The notes beneath the pieces were generated by a model, which saw nothing but the letters and a program-made list of their open reading frames with translations, did not search any database and was not told where the DNA came from. The translations under genes were made by a program, and so were the position numbers. Below are positions 1 through 9,605 of a stretch of 64,000 nt of DNA, in pieces (positions within the stretch are counted from its first letter, which is position 1; every line of letters starts with the position of its first letter). The stretch comes from a virus. Lineage: Duplodnaviria > Caudoviricetes. The stretch is from the IMG/VR virus record IMGVR_UViG_3300018405_000011. The stretch is one strand, 5' to 3'.

Positions 1-621
1 AGAGGCTTCATTTGTGTGCGCTTTGTCGTCACGTAGTCCCATGATTACTGGAACCAAGAACATAGACATCTGTCCGATGAATGCCGCTGGATACAGTGGG
101 TCTGACGTCGCATAGTCAGGGTTCCAGTGTCGCTCATAGTGGGTTCTTACCCATTCCTGAACACGGGCAATTAAAGTGGTTTCGTTACTGGCAACTAATG
201 AGCTGTTATAATCCAGTAACTGAAAGTCATCGGCTGCAATGGCCACTGCTTTATCAATAGGCTTAGTGATGCCATTGATTAACAATTCTTGCTTAGGGTA
301 ACGGTTTACTAAATTCTGGTATTCATCGCCACCACGTGCATGTAGCAGTGCCGTTCTAGGATGATACAGTAATGTGTCACGGGTAAAAGGAATCTCTTCC
401 TGAGTATCGGAAGAAAGAACCGTCATAGGAACATCAGTCGGGTAATATTCTCCGGCTAAGTTCATGTAATATTTCCAGTTAACGGGGTCATCGTCCACCG
501 TTAACCCGTTGGCTTTTAAATAGTCATTAATGAGTGTATTCTGCAACTCGTATTTAAAGACCATAGAGCGCACCAACTCAACGGTGCTGTTGTAATAGAG
601 TCTAAAGGTTTCAGATAGCAT
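1..621 (-). CDS. phiKZ gp128-like virion structural protein, runs off window edge
   Basis: Not in ORF track. Hand translation from ATG 621 is open to base 1: MLSETFRLYYNSTVELVRSMVFK...WKYYMNLAGEYYPTD...RYPKQELLINGI. Divergent from the portal gene, as in phiKZ. Confidence 0.65.
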   Translation of the reverse strand, partial: MLSETFRLYYNSTVELVRSMVFKYELQNTLINDYLKANGLTVDDDPVNWKYYMNLAGEYYPTDVPMTVLSSDTQEEIPFTRDTLLYHPRTALLHARGGDEYQNLVNRYPKQELLINGITKPIDKAVAIAADDFQLLDYNSSLVASNETTLIARVQEWVRTHYERHWNPDYATSDPLYPAAFIGQMSMFLVPVIMGLRDDKAHTNEAS

Positions 622-739
622 AATGGTCCTGTCTCCGGGTGTGGAACCCCTATTAAATTAGGGATTCACGATTTTGATTAATCGGGTGCTTAAATCGTCT
701 AGTTCTGAAATCTTATAGATTCAATAAGGAGTTTATCAC

Positions 740-3133
740 ATGTCCGACACCACCAACGATGGGTTTCTTGTTCCCATTGATTCCATTTTAGCGGAGCGTA
801 AGTCCGCCCAGAACGCAGCAGCCAATCAAACGGCAAACAAAGACCAGATTCGTGCGGTATTGGAAGAAACCACAAACCAGTTAAATAACGTCAGTGGGAT
901 ACTCGAACTGCATCCTGACTTGCGTCTATGTATGGAAATCCGTACAGCAATGATCCTTTCTCCTAAGGACATGGTCACACCTAAACTTCGGTTTAAACTC
1001 GACCCTGATGTCTATCAGCCTGACGAGAAAGCGACAGAGTTATTGACGGAACTTACCGCCCACTTTAGAACCAGAACGCCATTAGAGCGGGACATGTCAA
1101 CCTTTATTGATGAAGCGCTCTTTTTATACGGCGCGCATATATGGTTGATGATTCCACCTAATACACTGGATACGGCTATCCAGGGTAATGAGTTCGGCAT
1201 GGAGTCTATCACTGACTTAGACACATATTGTAAAACACACGGTATTATAGCGCCAGAGCCAGAGGTAGAAGCGACCTTTAAGCGCCTAGGGATTTCGGGT
1301 ATTAGTGACAACTTAAATATCTTACGCCGTCCTGCTATTGAACAGGTACTAAAAGACCACCGCAATGCTGAAGTCAGTATGGAAAGTTACGGCAGTGCCC
1401 CTGTCTTCCGTAACCGTAAACGCGAGCTAATGAAGCTAAGTGCGCCTATTGGCGATAAAGCCAAAGGCGGCGACCCACTCATCTTTAAAATCCCGCCAGA
1501 TTGTATCTTACCCATACATGACCCGGCTGACCCATCACGTCATGTGGCCTACATCATCCAAGTCGACCAACACGGAAGTATTACTTCTGAAATGGAAGAA
1601 GCGAATTACTTTGAGAAGCTGCAGAAGCGTCTCTTAGCGGCTACGCAGAGTAATACGACTCAAGACTACATGACACTGAAAAACATGGGATTTGAAGGGA
1701 AGATGCGTGAAGAAGACCCCGCGGGGCTACTGCGTATGTATCGCAAGGAGATGGAAAAGACCATTGAGCAAGCAGTGCGTACTACGGGTGAAGATGGGTA
1801 CTTTAAACTGAAAGACCACGAACCTTTCTATCGCATGATGTTCTCACGCGCTCTAGAAGCACAGGAAACCCGATTGCTCTATGTGCCACACTACATGGTC
1901 GACTACATGGCGTTTGAGTACAACAGTATGGGCCATGGCGTATCTCTCTTAGAGAAAACACAGCTCTATTCATCTTTACGTGCCGTAGTGATGTTCTCTG
2001 ACCTAATCCGTCAGATGTCTAACTCTATCCCACAGAGAGATTTAAACATTACCCTCGATGCTAAAGACCGAGATGGTCCACGTACCGTACGTAACCTCGT
2101 TCATGAGTATGGGCGTATCATCGACCGAAGTATTCCACTAGGGACATTCTCACCAACCTCTATGATTGATGAGTTACGTCGCTCTGGAATTCGTGTAAAC
2201 GTAGATGGGGGCGAACGCTACCCTAATACGAAGTTAGAAGTTGAAGACCGTCAACGTCAAATTGCCCGTGTAGATGACGAGTTAGCTGAACAGTTAAAAC
2301 GTGCTCAATACGCGGGGCTATCTGTACCACCTGAAGTCATTGACCAGTCACTGCAAGGCGAGTTTGCTATTAACACGATTACATCAAACCAACTCTTTGC
2401 TAAACGTTCCATGGTTGACCAAGATACCTTTATTACACTGATGCGTAACCGCATCCGTAAATACATTTATCTATCCGACCATCTATGGAAAATGATTAGT
2501 GATATAGTGGGTGAAGCAAACGTAGACCGATTCATTGATGCCTTAGCTCCAGCACTGCCACGAGCTGATGAAGTCAGAATCGAACAGCAAATCGAAGCAT
2601 TTAATCGATATGCTGGGTTTATCGACGACGTAATGGAAGTGCACATTTCCGATACGATGTTACGCGGCTTAATCACCACCGATGTCTCGGGTGACGCCTT
2701 AGAGGAAATTCGAGCTATATTTGCTGCGCACTTTAAACGAGAGTACCTCATCTCTGAAAACATACTCCCTGAGTTACAACGCCTGTATGACCTAGAAGAT
2801 GCGGAAAACATTGCTGACCGTATTAATAGTTACCATAAAGACCTGTTCAAAACAGTAGGGCGTATTGTGAAAGGACTTATCATGACCAGCTCTAAACTTC
2901 AGAAAGAAGAAGATAAAGCAAATGATAAAGCCGGAGGAACGGCAGATGCACCTGCAGAAAGTCCATCTAGTGACCCATGGAGTACACCTGCACCGTCATG
3001 GGACTTTGGCACTACTGACGAAGAGGAAGAAACTCCCACTGAACCTGTAGAGGAAGACCTACCTGCTCCAGAAGAGGAAGAGGAAGAAATGCCACCTACG
3101 GAAGAAGAGGAAGAAACCCCTCCAACGCCATAA
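740..3133 (+). CDS. Portal protein (phiKZ gp129-like)
   Basis: 797 aa; AGGAG RBS; segment LSVPPEVIDQSLQGEFAINTITSNQLFAKR resembles jumbo phage portals as I recall them; GMES/SMES motifs; acidic Pro-rich tail. Confidence 0.7.
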   Translation: MSDTTNDGFLVPIDSILAERKSAQNAAANQTANKDQIRAVLEETTNQLNNVSGILELHPDLRLCMEIRTAMILSPKDMVTPKLRFKLDPDVYQPDEKATELLTELTAHFRTRTPLERDMSTFIDEALFLYGAHIWLMIPPNTLDTAIQGNEFGMESITDLDTYCKTHGIIAPEPEVEATFKRLGISGISDNLNILRRPAIEQVLKDHRNAEVSMESYGSAPVFRNRKRELMKLSAPIGDKAKGGDPLIFKIPPDCILPIHDPADPSRHVAYIIQVDQHGSITSEMEEANYFEKLQKRLLAATQSNTTQDYMTLKNMGFEGKMREEDPAGLLRMYRKEMEKTIEQAVRTTGEDGYFKLKDHEPFYRMMFSRALEAQETRLLYVPHYMVDYMAFEYNSMGHGVSLLEKTQLYSSLRAVVMFSDLIRQMSNSIPQRDLNITLDAKDRDGPRTVRNLVHEYGRIIDRSIPLGTFSPTSMIDELRRSGIRVNVDGGERYPNTKLEVEDRQRQIARVDDELAEQLKRAQYAGLSVPPEVIDQSLQGEFAINTITSNQLFAKRSMVDQDTFITLMRNRIRKYIYLSDHLWKMISDIVGEANVDRFIDALAPALPRADEVRIEQQIEAFNRYAGFIDDVMEVHISDTMLRGLITTDVSGDALEEIRAIFAAHFKREYLISENILPELQRLYDLEDAENIADRINSYHKDLFKTVGRIVKGLIMTSSKLQKEEDKANDKAGGTADAPAESPSSDPWSTPAPSWDFGTTDEEEETPTEPVEEDLPAPEEEEEEMPPTEEEEETPPTP

Positions 3134-3158
3134 AGATACACTCGTAAACGTAAGACTT

Positions 3159-3195
3159 AAAATAGGTAAGAGCCTTTGTGCTCTTACCTATTTTT
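3159..3195 (+). terminator. Intrinsic terminator
   Basis: 15-bp stem AAAATAGGTAAGAGC/GCTCTTACCTATTTT ending in a T-run after the portal stop. Confidence 0.85.
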
Positions 3196-3206
3196 CTATG
3201 TCGTTT

Positions 3207-3220
3207 AAAACCTATATTAC
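3207..3220 (+). promoter_or_regulatory. Early (virion RNAP) promoter motif
   Basis: AAAACCTATATTAC; 13-mer core recurs 6 times intergenically; contains phiKZ TATATTAC. Confidence 0.8.
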
Positions 3221-3254
3221 TATTTGAATAAGCCCTTTTAACGGAGATACCTTT

Positions 3255-3905
3255 ATGTATGTAGCATTGACTGACGACTGGTTAATGAAACCAGAACACC
3301 CACTATTATCTGCACTGCTCAGTAGACCTATATTAGCTCTCTATGAGGCAGAAGGTTTTAATGATGACGTGTGGACTTGCATCTGTGCTGTTACAGGCTT
3401 CTACAATGAAGACGTCGAAGTCTGTAACCAAGAAAGAGCTAAGGCTGCTCAAATCTTACTCGCCATTGCTAATTACTGTGCACTCTATAATGGTACCATT
3501 ATAGACTTGCTGGAAGAACCAGAGTGGACACATGCCTGGGGACAGTTACCGACTGTGATGGCTAATCAGTTTCAAGTCCCGCCTGCCGATAGAATCTATG
3601 ACTTCTACGCGGCACAAAATGTCAGCCGTGAGGATTTCTTTAAGTACATCAAACGCATTGAAACCGACACGTCTATCTTACCATCATTTATAACAAACTT
3701 ACTTTACCTGGAAGCCCATCCGGTATTAGCGTCATTTAAAGCAATGATTGACACGCATCTCATTACACCTACTGGTGGACTAAACTACACCGTCATTAAT
3801 CAGCTAGAACGTCTAGGCTACCGCCATCGCGTGATAGAGCGAGACTTATGTGACCCACTGCGTTGTGGTATAAAACTAAAGAAAGGGGAATTTTATTATG
3901 GGTAA
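3255..3905 (+). CDS. Hypothetical protein
   Basis: GGAG RBS, first gene after the early promoter. Confidence 0.8.
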   Translation: MYVALTDDWLMKPEHPLLSALLSRPILALYEAEGFNDDVWTCICAVTGFYNEDVEVCNQERAKAAQILLAIANYCALYNGTIIDLLEEPEWTHAWGQLPTVMANQFQVPPADRIYDFYAAQNVSREDFFKYIKRIETDTSILPSFITNLLYLEAHPVLASFKAMIDTHLITPTGGLNYTVINQLERLGYRHRVIERDLCDPLRCGIKLKKGEFYYG

Positions 3906-4758
3906 CTGTGTGTATTTGAGCCGCAATTGGTATGCGGCTCTTTTAGTCTTAATCAGTGTTTCATTAACCGTAAACGTATATTCGATACTGGAGGTCAGTG
4001 ACCTAAAAGGACAGAAAGCAGAGCTTCTGGTAAAAAAGGAAAACTTACACGACTACATCGATGAGCTCGAGTATACTAATGAAGACCTGTTAGTTCAAAT
4101 AGGCAGTCTAAAAGACGAGATGGATGAAACGGCGGATATGCTCGATACGTTGCCCTATGCTAAGCTTTGGTCACCCAAACAAAACCTTGCACAATGGCAA
4201 GAAGAGCTCTGTCTATCTATCTTACTGTTTGGTGAAGAAAGAGCCGGTTCACGTAAAGACATGGTCTTTATTGCTAACAGTGTCTATGAACGGGTAGGGC
4301 TATCGTGGTATGAAGGCAATGCCTGTCTAGTAGCAGCCGAAGGCTATGGGACGCAGTTTACATCTATGAAGCCCTACGCTAAAATCTTAAAGGAGATTGT
4401 TTGGGGTAAGGTAAAAGACTTTACACCAGTAGAAGCCCGTAGTAATGCAATCGAAGCCCGTAAATGGGAACAGATACGCAAACTGGCTAAAGATATCCTT
4501 TCGGGTAAAGAACGTAAATACATTCAGGCGACTCACTTTATCGCATTAGATAAATTAAAAGTAGTTCCTGGATGGGCAAAGGCCATGCGGCCAGTAGCCG
4601 TTTCGTCAGGCCATGTCTTTTTTACCGAGTATGATATTATCGATGGGAAAATCGTTCGCTATACAGAAGACAATCCGTTTAACCAAGCACAATACAATCT
4701 TGCAGGTTGGGAAAACCCACAGTACGACACTGCACCAATATACCTAGGGCGCTATTAA
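3898..4758 (+). CDS. SleB/Hydrolase_2-like cell wall hydrolase with N-terminal TM helix and coiled coil
   Basis: CLSILLFGEERAG (catalytic Glu), IANSVYER, QFTS, ATHF, PGWAK, SGHVFF motifs. Confidence 0.75.
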   Translation: MGNCVYLSRNWYAALLVLISVSLTVNVYSILEVSDLKGQKAELLVKKENLHDYIDELEYTNEDLLVQIGSLKDEMDETADMLDTLPYAKLWSPKQNLAQWQEELCLSILLFGEERAGSRKDMVFIANSVYERVGLSWYEGNACLVAAEGYGTQFTSMKPYAKILKEIVWGKVKDFTPVEARSNAIEARKWEQIRKLAKDILSGKERKYIQATHFIALDKLKVVPGWAKAMRPVAVSSGHVFFTEYDIIDGKIVRYTEDNPFNQAQYNLAGWENPQYDTAPIYLGRY

Positions 4759-4774
4759 CGCCCTAGGTTTTATT
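4742..4774 (+). terminator. Intrinsic terminator
   Basis: ACCTAGGGCG/CGCCCTAGGT stem then TTTATT. Confidence 0.7.
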
Positions 4775-4801
4775 ACACCGACTTTTAAATTGGAGACCAT
4801 A

Positions 4802-5350
4802 ATGGCTAAGTCACGCAAAAAGAAATATAACCCGAATAAAACCGCCGGTAGTGTCCGTCAGCGCTTTTTTGAAAATATCTGGATTTCGGATAGCTCCGTT
4901 GTTTATCAGGCCACCGTGCACAATGCCGACGGTAAAGGGATAACGCCATTAGGGATTCCATCCGATATGCGGGCAACATGGATACGTGAGCTTAATACCA
5001 GTAAGTTTCCGTGGACGTTTGTTTTCTTTGCCTTTGACTCGACCGCAAAAGACTTTAGTTATGCCGAGGTACCTGCCTCACGTCCATGCAGTTCTATAGA
5101 GCTGATTGACGACATTAACGTGGCTCTACAAGACTATTTAAATGGTTTCGAGCACGGAGTGGATGCCTGGGGTTGGGTTGCTGTTCCTTCTCATACTGTC
5201 GACATTGAGGCTAACGCTCTCGCATGGGGTCAGTACTTCGAATCTATAGGTATCTATGACCTAGATAAAATCGAACGTTTTAAAACCATCCGCATTTTAG
5301 GAGAAAATCAAAATGGCTTATCAACGAGTAATGTTGACGCTGGACATTAA
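4802..5350 (+). CDS. Hypothetical protein
   Basis: Start moved to ATG 4802 after GGAG; basic MAKSRKKKYNPNK N-terminus. Confidence 0.75.
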   Translation: MAKSRKKKYNPNKTAGSVRQRFFENIWISDSSVVYQATVHNADGKGITPLGIPSDMRATWIRELNTSKFPWTFVFFAFDSTAKDFSYAEVPASRPCSSIELIDDINVALQDYLNGFEHGVDAWGWVAVPSHTVDIEANALAWGQYFESIGIYDLDKIERFKTIRILGENQNGLSTSNVDAGH

Positions 5351-5840
5351 GCGCCATACAGTGCATGCGTCTATTCTAGAAACATTAAAGCATTTTGCTT
5401 ACTTATTGGGAGTTGAGCGCTACAAGGAAGCACAGAACCGTTTTGACGGAGAAAAGGCCTCGCCTCGTATTAGAAAGCTTTTCCATGAACTGATGACCTC
5501 TACCTTAGATGACCCTACGTGGAAACACAGCAGTATCCAAGAAGGGCCGGGTTATTTTCGACTAGAAGCTTCCTTTATTAGCACCTTAAGCTACGAAGGT
5601 GCCTTTGAGCTTTTGCATCTTTTAAGGCACCACTTTAGATGCGAAGCCAACCGCCCCATCATCATTGTACACGTCGAAGGTAGGAATACTTACTTTGTGC
5701 ATATGGTAAACGCTAAGCGTGAGCTATATCACTGTATCGTACCTTTTACTGACAGCATTAATTTACAAACCCCGCATGATGTACTGGCAGAACGCGTAGC
5801 TGAGTACATTGCGGCAAACCATAAAGAAGAGGCGATTTAA
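5313..5840 (+). CDS. Hypothetical protein
   Basis: Operon packing; shares EGPGY...F.LL with next gene. Confidence 0.75.
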   Translation: MAYQRVMLTLDIKRHTVHASILETLKHFAYLLGVERYKEAQNRFDGEKASPRIRKLFHELMTSTLDDPTWKHSSIQEGPGYFRLEASFISTLSYEGAFELLHLLRHHFRCEANRPIIIVHVEGRNTYFVHMVNAKRELYHCIVPFTDSINLQTPHDVLAERVAEYIAANHKEEAI

Positions 5841-5842
5841 AA

Positions 5843-6334
5843 ATGAACACTTATTATATCAAAGTCCGCATTAATACGGAAACCGCAAGTGAGTTAGCAT
5901 GTAATACCCTAAAGCGTTTAATGGCAGAATGTGGAAACTCGCTGTATGACATTAAAACGCCACCTCTGTCTGAAGTAAAGAGTGGGTTTATTGTCTCCCC
6001 AGGACCACGTCAGTACACAGGCGAAGAAGGGCCAGGGTATTTAGGCGCGGAGCTCTATTTTACAGGTACGGGTTCCCTAACGGAATTCTTTAAACTCCTT
6101 TATGAACATGTCATTGACCATTCCAACATGTTGTTATTGAAACGACATCGAGCGGTAGGGTTATACACCACCTACTATTACGATGCATCGGATGACTCTC
6201 CAATACAGGTGCCGTTATCTAAGGGAGATGGGGCTGAAGCCCTAGATGCTTATTTTACTAACGATTTCAAAATCGGTAACCGTACCCATTTAGGGATTCG
6301 TAAAACATTGGAAGGTTTACATGCAGTACTCTGA
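5843..6334 (+). CDS. Hypothetical protein, possible paralog of previous gene
   Basis: GAGG RBS; EGPGY motif. Confidence 0.75.
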   Translation: MNTYYIKVRINTETASELACNTLKRLMAECGNSLYDIKTPPLSEVKSGFIVSPGPRQYTGEEGPGYLGAELYFTGTGSLTEFFKLLYEHVIDHSNMLLLKRHRAVGLYTTYYYDASDDSPIQVPLSKGDGAEALDAYFTNDFKIGNRTHLGIRKTLEGLHAVL

Positions 6335-6593
6335 GTTAGATGTAGCCTTATTTAATCGTTTAGCTAAAGCCCTTTCTTTAAAGAGACTTTTAAAACGAAG
6401 AGATAATTACCCGACACAGGGCGAGCAAACGTACCTATGTGGAGCAAGGGAGTTCGCCATTGTTTCACATATCCCTGCTTTAACGATGGCCGGTAAGGAG
6501 TACCGGCGCGCAGTGGTGTACGTAGATGAAACAGTAAGAGACGGAATGTTAGAGCAATACCTGTTAGGAGATACGGATGGCAATCCAGTTTAA
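6321..6593 (+). CDS. Hypothetical protein
   Basis: Operon packing. Confidence 0.65.
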   Translation: MQYSELDVALFNRLAKALSLKRLLKRRDNYPTQGEQTYLCGAREFAIVSHIPALTMAGKEYRRAVVYVDETVRDGMLEQYLLGDTDGNPV

Positions 6594-7197
6594 TATCAAA
6601 AATGGTTCTACTGTGGTTAATCGCCCAGCCTTAAAACTCGCCACTATAGGGTTTAAGATGACGCAGGGTAAGTCAATGATATTAGAGACGGAAGATTTTG
6701 CACGTGCTGTGCTGCTAGCATCAGCCCTTAAGTCGACCGGTGTATCTTACTACTGTAAGGTAAAGCCTACCGGGCGCTATAAACAGGCTGGCTATGCCGT
6801 GATACTACGAAACTGGGCAATCATGCTACTCGCACTGTCCTCCATATTGCAGTATGTATTACCTGTGGCTGTAGTTGCGGTTCACTTCTTTAGTATTTTA
6901 TCGGTAATACTTATAGGGAGAACGTTCTTTAGCCGACACGCGAAAATCTATGGGTTTTTAGCACATTGCTTTAGAAACAACCCAGCTAAGCGATACCATT
7001 TCTCAGAGTCGGGACACGGAGGCAGTTATCTTTCTGTTCACTTTAATGATAAAACGTTAGTCTCGGTGTTTAAGAAGGGGAACGTGAAGGAGAACATGTA
7101 CAATGTACAGTCAGACTATCTATCAACAACGACCGTACTGTCGATTAGTGAAATGATAGTAGCCGATGTAATTGGATTAGTTAAGACACTAAAATAA
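6577..7197 (+). CDS. Hypothetical membrane protein
   Basis: GGAG RBS; two central hydrophobic segments. Confidence 0.7.
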   Translation: MAIQFNIKNGSTVVNRPALKLATIGFKMTQGKSMILETEDFARAVLLASALKSTGVSYYCKVKPTGRYKQAGYAVILRNWAIMLLALSSILQYVLPVAVVAVHFFSILSVILIGRTFFSRHAKIYGFLAHCFRNNPAKRYHFSESGHGGSYLSVHFNDKTLVSVFKKGNVKENMYNVQSDYLSTTTVLSISEMIVADVIGLVKTLK

Positions 7198-7202
7198 GAT
7201 AT

Positions 7203-7240
7203 CTAGAGGTATAGGGTTTCCCCTATACCTCTAGCCTTTT
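7203..7240 (+). terminator. Intrinsic terminator
   Basis: 14-bp perfect stem CTAGAGGTATAGGG/CCCTATACCTCTAG then CCTTTT. Confidence 0.85.
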
Positions 7241-7301
7241 AAACATTTCTTTTTTATTTGTGTGCGGAAATCATGTGAACCAGATAAGAGGATTTATAAC
7301 C

Positions 7302-8180
7302 ATGACTAAACTTACCATTTCAGACAATGAACTCATGCAGGCATTTACTGGCTTAGGTGCTGAGGTAGACTACGCTCAGCGCATTGTCGAGTTCCGCGCG
7401 CAGATTGAAGCTATGGGCATTAACACGCCTAACCGATGGGCATGTTTTATCGGACAGTGTGCCCACGAGTCCGCGGGTTTTACTGTATTTGAAGAAAACC
7501 TATATTACAGCTATACCGCACTTATGAAAGTATGGCCTTCACGTTTTCCTAATGCGGCATCAGCAAAACCCTACCATCGTAAGCCTGAAGCCATTGCCAA
7601 TAAGGTTTATGGTGGACGTATGGGGAATGATACGAAAGGGGATGGCTATCTCTACCGTGGACGAGGTCCTATTCAGCTTACCGGTAAAGATAACTACATT
7701 AAAGCCGGTACAGCAATTCGCTTAAACCTAGTAGAGCAACCCTCCTTAGTCAGTGAAGACCCTGTCTATGGCATCATGGTAGCAGCGTGGTTCTTTAGCA
7801 CGAATAAGAAAGACGGAAAGTCTATCCTAGAATGGGCAGACAACCTATCGCATAAAATGGTTACTCGCATTATCAACGGGGGTTACCATGGGCTAAATGA
7901 CCGCATTGTAAAGTCAAACTTTGCCCTTTCTGTTTTCGGTATTGACGAAGGTCGATTTAAACGTCCACTTATCCGTCTGGGTGACCGCAGTGATGCTGTC
8001 CTAGAAGTACAGCGCTATCTAAAAGCCTTAGGTTATTTACATAGCGCGGATAAAGTATATGGCCCTAGAACCCAACAAGCCATTATTCAGTTCCAGAAAG
8101 ATCATGGTTTAGTGGCTGACGGCATTGTTGGCGGGACAACCTATTTAACCCTTACCACTCACGTACTACAAAATAAATAA
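7302..8180 (+). CDS. GH19 chitinase-like endolysin with C-terminal peptidoglycan-binding domain
   Basis: FIGQCAHES, EENLYYS, YRGRGPIQLTGKDNY, TRIINGG; C-terminal LGDRSDAVLEVQRYL...DGIVGGTT. Confidence 0.9.
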   Translation: MTKLTISDNELMQAFTGLGAEVDYAQRIVEFRAQIEAMGINTPNRWACFIGQCAHESAGFTVFEENLYYSYTALMKVWPSRFPNAASAKPYHRKPEAIANKVYGGRMGNDTKGDGYLYRGRGPIQLTGKDNYIKAGTAIRLNLVEQPSLVSEDPVYGIMVAAWFFSTNKKDGKSILEWADNLSHKMVTRIINGGYHGLNDRIVKSNFALSVFGIDEGRFKRPLIRLGDRSDAVLEVQRYLKALGYLHSADKVYGPRTQQAIIQFQKDHGLVADGIVGGTTYLTLTTHVLQNK

Positions 8181-8193
8181 AAGCGGGCACAAT

Positions 8194-9021
8194 ATGGAAC
8201 CATCGATTAAGCGCCACATGGAGGCGCTCGACGCACAGTTAGGAACAGTGGCAACCGCCGCTAAAACCGGTAGGCTAGGAAACATTACGTTACGGGCAGA
8301 AATGCTTCCATCGGATGTTGGGTACGCCGATGCCCTTGTCTATATTACGCAGCTTATTAAGCATTACTGCACGCTCTATAGCAGAGGGTTATTACCAGAA
8401 ACAAAGTCCCTGTCTATAAGCGACTGTAAGCGATTCTCAGAGCGTTTTAAGATAATCGCAGTAAACTATAGCGAACAAGTCTTTACCACGCTCTATCCGA
8501 CGTCTGCGCGCATTAAAGCGGGTAAACAGAGAATATGGTTACAAAAGCCTTGGTTAGCCGAAGGGCTCAGTAGTCAAGTCGCCATGTTTGAACTATCTAT
8601 GTTAGCCTTAAAGAAACTCTATGCGCTTAAAGCGCTGGATGGGACTTCCGTAGCAGCAGAGCTAACGGCACCTTTAGTGGACATCATTACTGACATCGTC
8701 GTGTCCAACTATTCCCCTAAAGAAATCGAACGTAAGATACCTAAACTAAAGTACCATGTACCTTTAGAAACACCTCCCGTTTTTTTAGCAAAGATTGCTC
8801 CAGAGCGCCGCACGGTGTTAACCTCTCTCCCTACACGCCATGGCGCGTTAGGCGCAGTCGTAAAGTCCTATCTTGTTGAGCTAGTCCCTACACAAACGAC
8901 ATTAGTGGGAACTACATTAAAGCCAGGTGACCTGTTTAAAATAGGTCAGCAGTTATACCTGTCGAAGAAACGACAGACTATGTTAAGCTCCATAGACACA
9001 CTTAGTGTTCACTTGCTATAA
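8194..9021 (+). CDS. Hypothetical protein
   Basis: 275 aa ORF, operon packing. Confidence 0.75.
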   Translation: MEPSIKRHMEALDAQLGTVATAAKTGRLGNITLRAEMLPSDVGYADALVYITQLIKHYCTLYSRGLLPETKSLSISDCKRFSERFKIIAVNYSEQVFTTLYPTSARIKAGKQRIWLQKPWLAEGLSSQVAMFELSMLALKKLYALKALDGTSVAAELTAPLVDIITDIVVSNYSPKEIERKIPKLKYHVPLETPPVFLAKIAPERRTVLTSLPTRHGALGAVVKSYLVELVPTQTTLVGTTLKPGDLFKIGQQLYLSKKRQTMLSSIDTLSVHLL

Positions 9022-9038
9022 TAAGGAAATTCATCGAT

Positions 9039-9587
9039 ATGCACGCTAAACTCATTTTTGATTCATTAATTAATACCTTTAACAACATGGGGTATAAAAT
9101 CACCACTAAAGACGCCCGTAAGGTCCGTGATGCGTTTTTAAGTAGCATCATGAACATCGCTATGTCTGGTGATGAACGCCTTACCATACGCCATCTAGGC
9201 GTATTCTACAAGAGCCGTGGGAAAATGCGCTTTAAACCCGCTGCGGTTTTTAAGGACCGGCTAAACAATGGGTTTAAGTCAGGTCCTTACCCTTGTTTGT
9301 CAAAGCAAGTCATTGATATCATGGAAGCCATATTATCCGAATATCGATGGACACGAGAAGTCCATGAAAGCATCTATCGCAGTATGTTTACCTTAATAGA
9401 AACGGAATTAGCCGTCACCGGAAAGATTCGCTTTACAGGTTGGGGTACGTTTTATACGGCAGACGTGGCCCCACGTCATTATGTTACCGCTAAAGACCCA
9501 ACCGGACATGTGTTTAAACCTCGTCATATGACCGTTCGTTTTAAACCATCGACAGTACCGTCTAAAAACTTACTCAATCTTCATTAA
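9039..9587 (+). CDS. Tandem HU/IHF-like DNA-binding protein
   Basis: Two HU-like units: LTIRHLGVF...RFKPA and IRFTGWGTF...VRFKPS. Confidence 0.65.
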   Translation: MHAKLIFDSLINTFNNMGYKITTKDARKVRDAFLSSIMNIAMSGDERLTIRHLGVFYKSRGKMRFKPAAVFKDRLNNGFKSGPYPCLSKQVIDIMEAILSEYRWTREVHESIYRSMFTLIETELAVTGKIRFTGWGTFYTADVAPRHYVTAKDPTGHVFKPRHMTVRFKPSTVPSKNLLNLH

Positions 9588-9605
9588 GCCCTGAAAGGAA
9601 TCCAC

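Noticed and set aside
2899-3141. Ser/Gly-rich minus-strand ORF
   Set aside because: Antisense shadow of the portal's GAA-rich acidic tail
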